Below are positions 58,101-64,000 of a DNA stretch of 64,000 nucleotides, one piece after another. Source of the stretch: Flavobacteriales bacterium (GTDB taxonomy: Bacteria > Bacteroidota > Bacteroidia > Flavobacteriales_F > PHOS-HE28); assembly GCA_038234075.1 (NCBI GenBank), contig JBBSUV010000003.1, forward strand, positions 65,136 to 129,135, written 5' to 3'. How positions within the stretch are numbered: position 1 is the first letter of the stretch; each line of letters starts with the position of its first letter. The notes under the pieces were generated by a model. The model was not told the DNA's origin and did no database searches. It saw only the letters and a program-made list of their open reading frames with translations. The position numbers and the translations under genes were made by a program.

Positions 58101-61100
58101 CTGAAAGTTCCTCCTCCGCCGCTCCACGTTCCGCCATTGGCGACGGTGACACTGCCGGCCAATTGGATAGCCGCATTGTTCGCGCAACGCACACCATCCA
58201 CACTGGCGTTGGCCGTCGGCGAAGCGGTGAAGGTGATCAGCACTTCATCAGATACCGGCACACAATTGCCGTTACCGATAGTGGTCAAGGTCAAGGTCAT
58301 GGTACCGGCTGCGATCTCCGTTGCGGTCGGGATGTACACCGCGTTCAGCGATGCGATGGAAGGCGTGAAAGTGCCTGCACCACCGCTCCATTGTCCGCCA
58401 CCAGCACCGCTAACGGAACCACCGAGCTGCACTTGTGCATTGTTCGAGCAGACGAAGAGGTTGTTGCCCGCGTTGGCGGTTGGCGAAGCAATGATCGTGA
58501 TCGTCATCTGGTCGTTCACCGCGTTGCACAAGCCGTTCTGGGTGGTCGTGAGCGTGAGCGTTGCAGTACCCAGGGCCACCTCAGCAGGATTGGGGTGGTA
58601 GGTCGCGTTCAGCGTGTTCGCATCGGGCGACCAAGTGCCACCGCCGCCGCTCCATACACCGCCAGTGGCGATGGTCACCGCGCCGTTCAGGATAACTGAA
58701 GGATCGTTGGCGCAGACGGTGCGGTCCACTCCTGCATTCACCGTTGGGCTTTGCGAGAAGTAGATCGTCATGGCATCGTTCACCGGTGTGCAGGTGCCGT
58801 TGCCAGTGCTGGTGAGGGTAAGCGTCACTGAGCCATTCGCGAGTTCAGTAGTGCTTGGGGTGTACACCGCATTCAGCGCGTTGATGCTTGGTGAGAAGCC
58901 GCCCGTGCCACCGCTCCAGCTGCCGCCCGTGGCGTTGCTGATGGAGCCGGTCAGTTGGACACTGGAGTTGTTCGAACAAACCGTGCGATCGATACCAGCC
59001 TCCACAACTGGTGCAGGTGCGAGGGTGATCACCACTTGATCGGACACGACGTTGCAAGTTCCGTTGTTCGTGGAGGTCAGTGTCAATGTGACGGTGCCTG
59101 CGGCGATCTCACCCAAGGTCGGGGTGTAGGTAGCGTTCAGGTTGTTCGTGCTGGGGTTGAAAGTGCCCGAGCCGCCGCTCCACACACCGCCACCCGCGTT
59201 GTTCACGACACCAGCCAGTTGTGCGGTTGGGTTATTGGCGCACACGGTGAAGTTGTTGCCGGCGTTCACAACCGGTGCAGGAGAGATCGTGATCACGATC
59301 TGGTCTATCACCGGATTGCTATTGCCATTGCCCACGGAGGTGAGCGTAAGCGTCACGCTACCTGCGGCGATCTCGGCCGCTGAGGGATAGTAAGTGGTGT
59401 TGAGTGAAGTGTTGTTCGGCGTGTAGCTGCCGGTGCCGCCACTCCAGATACCACCCGTTGCGATGGTCACGCTGCCACTTAGGACAACGACCGCATTATT
59501 GCCGCAGATCACTTGGTCCGGACCGGCGTTGGTCGAGGGCGCATCGCTGAAGGTGATGATCATGGCATCGGTGGCCGCAGCGCAGGAACCGTTGCCCGTG
59601 GTGGTCAAGGTCAAGGTCACGCTGCCGGAAGCGATCTCCGCTGGCGTGGGCGTGTACACCGCGTTGGTGGTCGTGTTGTTCGGGTTGTAAGTACCCGCGC
59701 CGCCGGACCATACCATACCGCTGGCGATGGAATAGGAACCAGCCAAGGTGGTCGCTGCATTGTTGGCGCTTACAGATTGGTCAACGCCTGCATTGGCTAC
59801 CGGAGCCGTGGTGAAGGTGATCTGCACTTGGTCGGATACCGCTGCGCAATTGCCGTTGCCAGTGGTCGTGGCAGTTAGCGTCACCAAGCCGTTGGACACC
59901 TCGATCGTCGAGGGTGTATAGGTGATGTTCTGTGCGGTGCTTCCTGGTGAGTAGAGGCCGCTTCCACCGGACCACTGCACGCCAGTGGCCACCGTGATGG
60001 CGGCGCTCAGCATCGCGCTACCGTTGTTCCCGCAGAGGGTCTGGTCCACACCGGCGTTCACTGTCGGTGCAGGCGTGATAGTGAAGTGCACCTGGTCCGT
60101 TACCGGGTTGCAGGTGCCGTTTCCGGCCGAGGTGAGCGTGAGTGTGAAGCTACCAGCGGTGATCTCTGCCGCATTCGGTGTGTAGGTTGCATTGAGTGTG
60201 ATGCTGTTCGGGCTGTACGTACCGTTGCCGCCGCTCCAAACCCCGCCCACTGCTCCGTTCACGCTTCCGTTAAGGGTGACTGCTGGCGAATTCGCACAGA
60301 CAATGCCATCCAGTCCTGCGTTCACGATCGGCGCAGGTGTGTACGTGATGATGCGGGTATCGCTGGCAGGTGTGCAGTTGCCGTTGCCCGTGGTGGTCAA
60401 GGTGAGCGTCACCATGCCCGCAGCGATATCGCCAGGTCCGGGGTTGTAGGTCGCGTTCAATGTGTTCGCGTTCGGCGTGAAGCTGCCGGTGCCACCGGTC
60501 CAAGTACCGCCAGTTGCGATCACCACGCTGCCGTTCAGGGCCACGCTGCCATTGTTCGCGCAACGGGTCACATCAGGTCCTGCGTTCGCGGAAGGCGCAT
60601 CGGTGAAATTGAGCACCACTTGATCGATAGCCGCATTGCAAAGGCCGTTGCCGGTGGTGGTGAGCGTAAGCGTTACGCTGCCGTTGGTGATCTCCATCGC
60701 TGTCGGCGTGTAGATCGCGCTCATGTTCGTGGTGCTCGGATCGAAGGTGCCGTTGCCGCCGCTCCAGATTCCGCCAGTTGCCACGGTGAAGGCACCGGAC
60801 AGGGAGGTCACTGGATTGTTGGCGCAAAGCACACGATCAGAACCGGCGTTCGCCGTAGGTCCGGGAGTGATCGAATAGGAAACTTGATCGCTCACTGCGG
60901 TGCAATTGCCATTGCCCACCGTGGTAAGAGTTAGTGTGACGCTGCCTGCAGTACGCTCCGCAGCGCTGGGCGTGTAAGTGGCGTTGAGTGTGCTACTGTT
61001 CGGGCTGTAGGTACCGGTTCCTCCGCTCCAGATGGCTCCGGAAGCACCGTTGACAACACCGGCCAAGATGAGCGCCGAGTTATTCGCGCAGACCGTTCCG

Positions 61101-64000
61101 TTCATGCCGGCATCCACCGTGGGTGCTGGCGTGAAGTTGATCAGCTTGCTATCCGATACCAGACCGCAGTTGCCGTTGCCGGTGCTGGTCAAGGTGAGGA
61201 TCAGCGAACCTGCGGCGAGTTCCGAAGGCGTTGGTGTGTAGACCGCATTCAGCGTGGTGTTGTTCGGGGTGAAGGATCCCAGACCGCCGCTCCAGATGCC
61301 GCCCGTGGCCACCGTTACGGTTCCGTTCAAGGACACGTTCGCATTGTTCACGCAGACCGTTGCATCCGTTCCGGCATTCACCGTGGGTGCTGGCGTGAAT
61401 GCCAAGGTGATCGCATCGGAGACAGCCACGCAGTTGTTGTTGCCGGTGGTGGTGAGTGTGAGCGTAACCGAGCCGTTGGAGATCTCATCGGCAGTCGGCG
61501 TGTAGGTGGCGTTCATGTTCGCCGCGCTTGGGCTAAAGGTGCCCAAGCCACCGCTCCATGCGGCACCGGTAGCTACCGTGAATCCGCCGACCAAGGTGGC
61601 CGTCGCATTGTTGGCGCAGAGGCTCTGGTTGGGGCCGGCGTTCACCGTTGGTGCAGGTGTGATCGTCCAGGTCACCTGATCGCTCACTGCACTGCAGAGG
61701 CCGTTACCGGCAGAAGTCAATGTCAAGGTCACCGTGCCTGCGGTACGTTCCGCAGCGGTCGGTGTGTAGATCGCGTTCAGCGTTGAACTGTTCGGGCTGT
61801 AGGTGCCGTTGCCACCGCTCCAGATAGCGCCGGTAGCTCCATTCACGCTACCGACCAGTTGCATGGCAGGTGCGTTCGCACAGACCGAAGCATTCAGTCC
61901 CGCATTCACAGTGGGTGCGGGAGAGAAAGTGATGAGTTTGCTGTCCGAAGTTGCTCCGCAGTTACCGTTGCCGGTGCTGGTGAGCGTAAGGTTCAAGGTG
62001 CCGCCCGCGAGTTCTGCAGGAGTTGGCGTGTAAGTAGCGTTGAGGTTCGTGTTGTTCGGGGTGAAGGAACCGGCACCGCCGCTCCATACACCTCCAGTAG
62101 CGATGCTCACGCTGCCACTCAATGCCACGCTCGCATTGTTCACGCAGACAGTAGCATCAAGACCTGCATTCACCGTCGGGGCAGGTGTGAAGTTCAACAT
62201 CACCGCATCGGACACTGCCACGCAATTATTGTTGCCGGTGGTGGTCAAGGTCAGCGTCACGGATCCATTGGAGATCTCCCCCACAGTGGGCGTGTAGGTG
62301 GCGTTCACGTAAGAAGCGCTCGGGCTGAAGATGCCCAGGCCGCCGCTCCAAACAGCGCCGGTCGCCACACTGAAGCTTCCGTTCAAGGTCGCCATGGCGT
62401 TGTTCGCGCAAAGGCTTTGATCGGCCCCGGCATTCACTGTCGGTGCAGGTGTGATCACGTAGGTCACCTGGTCGTTCACTGCATTGCACTGGCCGTTGCC
62501 GGTGGTGGTCAACGTGAGGGTGACGGTGCCGGCCGTGCGCTCAGCGGCGCTCGGTGTGTACACCGCATTCAAGGTCGTGTTGTTAGGGTTGTAAGTGCCC
62601 GTTCCGCCAGTCCATGTAGCACCCGTTGCGCCATTCAAAACACCAGCCAAAGTGATCGCGCTGGAATTGGCGCAGACCGTTCCGTTAGGACCGGCATTCA
62701 CCGTAGGAGCTGGGGTGAATGTGATCTGTTTGCTGTCGGTTACAGGCGAGCAATTGCTGTTGCCTGTGGTCGTCAATACCAAGTTCACGATCCCGTTGGC
62801 GATCTCCGTCGCGGTCGGGGTGTAAGTGGCGTTGAGGGCCGCGTTGTTCGGCGCGAAGGATCCGGCTCCGCCGCTCCACACACCGCTGGTCGTACCCGTC
62901 ACGCTGCCGTTCAGCACCACACTCGCATTGTTCGCGCAGCGGGTCACATCCGCACCGGCGTTTGCCGTGGGTGCTGCGGTGAAACTCAACACCATGGCAT
63001 CGGAAACCGCAACGCAGTTGTTGTTGCCGGTGGTGGTCAACGTCAATGTCACTGAACCGTTCGCGATCTCTACAGCCGTTGGCGTGTAGGTCACGTTCAT
63101 GTTCGATGCACTCGGGCTGAAGGTGCCCAAACCACCGCCCCAGGTAGCACCCGTGGCCACCGTGAAACTTCCGTTCAAGTTCGCCACGGAGTTGTTCGCA
63201 CAAAGGCTCTGGTTCGCACCAGCGTTCACCGTTGGTGAAGGCGTGATCACGTACGTCACTTGGTTGCTCACCGCGTTGCAAATGCCATTGCCGGTGGTGG
63301 TCAGTGTGAGTGTTACCGTACCCGCCGTGCGCTCAGCTGCGCTCGGTGTATACACCGCGTTCAAGGTGGTGTTGTTCGGATTGAAGGTGCCCGTGCCGCC
63401 GGTCCAAGTGGCACCGGTGGCTCCGTTCATCACACCGGCCAAGTTGATCGCACTGGCATTGGCGCAGACCGTTCCGTTAGTACCGGCACTCACCGTAGGA
63501 GCCGGCGTGAAAGTGATCTCTTTGCTGTCCGTTGTAGCTGAGCAATTGCTGTTGCCCGTGGTGGTCAATACCAAATTCAAGATCCCTGCGGAGATCTCTG
63601 CTGCGGTCGGCGTGTAGGTCGCATTCAGCGCTGCGTTGTTCGGGGTGAAGGATCCGGCACCGCCGCTCCACACACCACCGGTTGCGATCGTCACGCTTCC
63701 GTTCAACACCACGTTCGCATTGTTTGCGCAACGCGTTACATCCACACCGGCATTCGCAGTAGGTGCTGCTGTGAAGCTCAACACCATCGCATCAGAAACC
63801 GCAACGCAGTTGTTGTTGCCCGTGGTGGTCAACGTCAGGGTAATGGAACCGTTCGCGATCTCTGCAGCTGTAGGCGTGTAGGTCGCATTCACATTGGAAG
63901 CACTTGGGCTGAACGTGCCCATCCCACCGCCCCACGACACACCCGTGGCTACGGTAAACCCGCCTGCGAGTGTCGCCACTGCATTGTTCGAGCAAAGGCT
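52151..64000 (-). CDS. giant SprB-like gliding-motility cell-surface adhesin, C-terminal ~3950 aa (gene continues beyond window)
   Basis: The protein is about 38 tandem ~95-aa repeats of the form C.NN..L.G.V..ATGG.WSGG.G.F.PN...LNA.YTP...E...G...L.LT.TGNG.C. Two PKD-like domains follow. The type-B T9SS CTD is PDAFSPNGDGVNDVF...GVYVY...GKVTLIR. The first Met in the ORF table is internal. Confidence 0.8.
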   Translation of the reverse strand, partial: SLCSNNAVATLAGGFTVATGVSWGGGMGTFSPSASNVNATYTPTAAEIANGSITLTLTTTGNNNCVAVSDAMVLSFTAAPTANAGVDVTRCANNANVVLNGSVTIATGGVWSGGAGSFTPNNAALNATYTPTAAEISAGILNLVLTTTGNSNCSATTDSKEITFTPAPTVSAGTNGTVCANASAINLAGVMNGATGATWTGGTGTFNPNNTTLNAVYTPSAAERTAGTVTLTLTTTGNGICNAVSNQVTYVITPSPTVNAGANQSLCANNSVANLNGSFTVATGATWGGGLGTFSPSASNMNVTYTPTAVEIANGSVTLTLTTTGNNNCVAVSDAMVLSFTAAPTANAGADVTRCANNASVVLNGSVTGTTSGVWSGGAGSFAPNNAALNATYTPTATEIANGIVNLVLTTTGNSNCSPVTDSKQITFTPAPTVNAGPNGTVCANSSAITLAGVLNGATGATWTGGTGTYNPNNTTLNAVYTPSAAERTAGTVTLTLTTTGNGQCNAVNDQVTYVITPAPTVNAGADQSLCANNAMATLNGSFSVATGAVWSGGLGIFSPSASYVNATYTPTVGEISNGSVTLTLTTTGNNNCVAVSDAVMLNFTPAPTVNAGLDATVCVNNASVALSGSVSIATGGVWSGGAGSFTPNNTNLNATYTPTPAELAGGTLNLTLTSTGNGNCGATSDSKLITFSPAPTVNAGLNASVCANAPAMQLVGSVNGATGAIWSGGNGTYSPNSSTLNAIYTPTAAERTAGTVTLTLTSAGNGLCSAVSDQVTWTITPAPTVNAGPNQSLCANNATATLVGGFTVATGAAWSGGLGTFSPSAANMNATYTPTADEISNGSVTLTLTTTGNNNCVAVSDAITLAFTPAPTVNAGTDATVCVNNANVSLNGTVTVATGGIWSGGLGSFTPNNTTLNAVYTPTPSELAAGSLILTLTSTGNGNCGLVSDSKLINFTPAPTVDAGMNGTVCANNSALILAGVVNGASGAIWSGGTGTYSPNSSTLNATYTPSAAERTAGSVTLTLTTVGNGNCTAVSDQVSYSITPGPTANAGSDRVLCANNPVTSLSGAFTVATGGIWSGGNGTFDPSTTNMSAIYTPTAMEITNGSVTLTLTTTGNGLCNAAIDQVVLNFTDAPSANAGPDVTRCANNGSVALNGSVVIATGGTWTGGTGSFTPNANTLNATYNPGPGDIAAGMVTLTLTTTGNGNCTPASDTRIITYTPAPIVNAGLDGIVCANSPAVTLNGSVNGAVGGVWSGGNGTYSPNSITLNATYTPNAAEITAGSFTLTLTSAGNGTCNPVTDQVHFTITPAPTVNAGVDQTLCGNNGSAMLSAAITVATGVQWSGGSGLYSPGSTAQNITYTPSTIEVSNGLVTLTATTTGNGNCAAVSDQVQITFTTAPVANAGVDQSVSANNAATTLAGSYSIASGMVWSGGAGTYNPNNTTTNAVYTPTPAEIASGSVTLTLTTTGNGSCAAATDAMIITFSDAPSTNAGPDQVICGNNAVVVLSGSVTIATGGIWSGGTGSYTPNNTSLNTTYYPSAAEIAAGSVTLTLTSVGNGNSNPVIDQIVITISPAPVVNAGNNFTVCANNPTAQLAGVVNNAGGGVWSGGSGTFNPSTNNLNATYTPTLGEIAAGTVTLTLTSTNNGTCNVVSDQVVITLAPAPVVEAGIDRTVCSNNSSVQLTGSISNATGGSWSGGTGGFSPSINALNAVYTPSTTELANGSVTLTLTSTGNGTCTPVNDAMTIYFSQSPTVNAGVDRTVCANDPSVILNGAVTIATGGVWSGGGGTWSPDANTLNATYHPNPAEVALGTATLTLTTTQNGLCNAVNDQMTITIIASPTANAGNNLFVCSNNAQVQLGGSVSGAGGGQWSGGAGTFTPSIASLNAVYIPTATEIAAGTMTLTLTTIGNGNCVPVSDEVLITFTASPTANASVDGVRCANNAAIQLAGSVTVANGGTWSGGGGTFSPNANALNAVYTPSQGEIAAGSATLVLTTTGNSGCTAVTDEVTYTFTPAPTANAGLDASICANNATLQLNGSVTVATGGIWSGGAGSFSPNSGILNAVYTPTAAEISAGTVTLTLTTVGNALCSAVNDQMVVTIAPAPVVNAGQPMQSCANNPSVQLAGSVQNATGGTWTGAGSFSPNANSLSAIYTPSAAEVIAGTATVTLTSTGNGLCNAVSAQVTINITAAPVVEAGAAQTLCANNIAASLNGQVTNATGGTWSGGAGSFSPNATALNAVYTASAAEVGAGGLWLYLTSTGNGGCLASRDSVRLDFTPAPIVNAGLDAHVCANSSEVQLAGAITVANGGAWSGGAGVFTPNAQTLNATYQPTALEIAAGQMSLVLTSTSNGNCNAVRDSLVIIVDPVPVVNAGPDQQICGNNPNFQLNGFVGNASGGQWTGGNGNYFPNNTSLALQYTPTEAEVTAGSITFTLSSTGTTFCAAVVDQMTVYFTDAPVVNAGMDQAVCANNAAVQLSGNVDNANGGAWSGGSGTFSPSNNVFSPVYTPTALEIASGSLNLYLSSTGNGNCFAVRDTLAITFTPAPTVNAGMDMDVCANNPLVTLNGAITVAGGAQWSGGLGSYTPNAQTLNAQYVPSSFELQTGSVALTLTTTGNGNCLSVVDQVMLAVTPAPVVSAGPDVTTCSSALQVPMTGSVQGGSTTGTWTTSGTGTFFPSATTLNATYMASALDSLNGTVDLTLTSTNNGLCNVVSDMMTLTILPNAVANAGVDQSICASQATVQLAGSISGNATEGHWTTNGAGSFNPNASAANAVYQVAPGDATQGTLTFTWSVNSCDNAMDQMSVTIVPVSSANAGADQVVCFGNLNVLINGQVSGASSTGVWSTLGSGSFANPADALANIYHASAQDSLAHGVRLVLTATNTGACTAAVDTVYIAIQPSGNVNAGPDLSFCANNATVQLTGTLSGDATQVQWTTSGTGSFYPSNSVLTPTYIPSNIDTAIGSLTLTLNAVNSCNNASDAMTLQLTPAPYVNAGADQTYCDQVSQFNLSGMISGITTVGQWTTTGTGTIANAGALNTTYTASAADIAAGQINFTLTSLNNGNCGAVSDAMTIYLTAGIIVSAGPDQSVCVLSDHANLLGTVQNGSPSGTWTATGSGTFQPNADVLNAQYFFSAADVANGSVVLTFTATNTGTCPSGSDQMTLTFGNTSFAYAGPDQSLCVNSPIAQLAGNFSGGAQGIQWSTSGSGSFSNNTDPNATYTLSNADIAAGSVQLTITTITNGSCAASSDAMTLNLRAVPNIMAGSDVVACTSAPVQLAANAANAPGGTWTTSGTGTFFDANALATLYYPSVADSTLGTVTLTVTTTGTLPCSAVSDALTITFGGGLSAQAGQDVITCSTAPNISLNGAVAGTTTGMWSTTGTGSFSPSAMALNATYIPGPADFVIGDISLVLSTTNNAGCPAGKDTLVVSYHVPPTVNAGTDLLLCNGLSPIQLNGTAQNDSLVRWITAGTGTFSPNANTLNATYTPTANDSIAGGVHLILTAYGTGTCGNASDSLFIGVGPTRIANAGVDLDVCANGGIVQLAGNITGVSGGTWTTNGTGTFLPNADALNASYVPSAPDLVFQQLSFVLTTTGNMGCPAHTDTLAVNMHQPSTVNAGTDITTCDASADVQLAGIYNGATGLQWTTNGSGIFLPNNTTANATYQPSTGDSQLQQVELFLTTTGDLFCAAAVDTVKLSFVNPLNAAFNFGNACAGSNTAFTDASTTTGSPIIGWNWDFGNGSTAAGQQAGNAFAGAGQYPVTLTVFAQNGCSATTSQVVEVMFAPTAGFSFTGDAFTGESIVFEDNSFGGNGWHYNFGDGQGSLSQDPTHTYTQGGQYIIVQTVSNAAGCTASDSMLIAITENKIVPPKLPDAFSPNGDGVNDVFFVRGGPFKTMELKVFNGWGEMVFETSDPEFGWDGTHNGKPEINGVYVYTVVATSVEGQDFDRSGKVTLIR

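Noticed and set aside
52529-63055. Large plus-strand ORFs (441, 675, 398, 282 aa and others) antisense to the giant adhesin gene
   Set aside because: They are Arg/Gly/His/Val-rich, with low-complexity composition typical of antisense reading of GC-rich repetitive coding DNA. The minus-strand frame carries clear PKD and T9SS-CTD signatures and the repeat periodicity.
52151-64000. Tandem ~285-bp DNA repeats considered as a CRISPR or satellite array
   Set aside because: The repeats are coding, with one continuous ORF and conserved Cys/Gly/Trp positions. They are far longer than CRISPR repeats, and no unique spacers are present.

Overview
This window looks like high-GC (~62%) Bacteroidota chromosome, judged by gene content: a T9SS/gliding adhesin, a Bacteroidota-type ATP synthase operon with an AtpZ gene upstream, four-helix-bundle and GxxExxY genes, and a TonB/ExbBD cluster. 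It is not an accessory element as a whole. Features below are given in plus-strand order; manually derived coordinates may be off by ±1-3 nt, ORF-table coordinates are used where possible.

- **1-9.7 kb:** a partial membrane gene, an RNase-H-like exonuclease, a four-helix-bundle gene inside a TIR/hairpin-flanked cassette, a serine hydrolase, an MprF-like aminoacyl-phosphatidylglycerol synthase with a DUF998 partner, lipB and uvrC.
- **9.6-10.9 kb:** two type II TA pairs. The first pair sits in a ~615-bp insert into the 3' end of uvrC, bounded by perfect 42-bp direct repeats.
- **10.9-19.6 kb:** a GT2 glycosyltransferase, two aldehyde dehydrogenases, lpxD, a bifunctional PGI/PMI and a TPR protein.
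- **19.6-24.9 kb:** the Bacteroidota Ton cluster, read 5' to 3' on the minus strand as exbB, exbD, exbD, tonB, tonB, a small membrane protein and a PstS-like protein. The two tonB genes are tandem paralogs.
- **25.3-30.5 kb:** pirin, YceI, a NYN/OST-HTH protein, a frameshifted DUF4160 gene next to DUF2442, pepP, a frameshifted orphan CdiI-like immunity gene, and a yefM-yoeB TA pair.
- **30.5-36.7 kb (the most unusual metabolic module):** a 917-aa fold-I Orn/Lys/Arg decarboxylase is translationally coupled by an ATGA overlap to an ATP-grasp ligase. That ligase carries a ~110-aa histone-H1-like Lys/Ala-rich N-terminal tail. A C45 autoproteolytic Ntn-hydrolase follows.
- **36.7-45.8 kb:** an SprE/PorW-like TPR lipoprotein, bactofilin, a membrane protein and AtpZ precede atpB-E-F-H-A-G. 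A structured 152-bp spacer separates atpA from atpG.
- **45.8-51.1 kb (a lower-GC accretion island directly after atpG):**
  - a 376-aa RelA/SpoT-domain protein with fused-toxSAS/CapRel-like architecture;
  - a T9SS-secreted LamG protein;
  - three type II TA pairs, the last a near-identical inverted duplicate of the 29.9-kb yefM-yoeB pair, so ~550-bp inverted repeats bracket ~20 kb;
  - three copies of a ~70-bp direct repeat that delimit cassettes.
- **51.1-64.0 kb:** a PorP/SprF protein and the C-terminal ~3950 aa of a giant SprB-like adhesin. It is built from about 38 tandem ~95-aa repeats, two PKD domains and a type-B T9SS C-terminal domain, and it continues past the window edge.

No rRNA, tRNA or CRISPR array was recognised.
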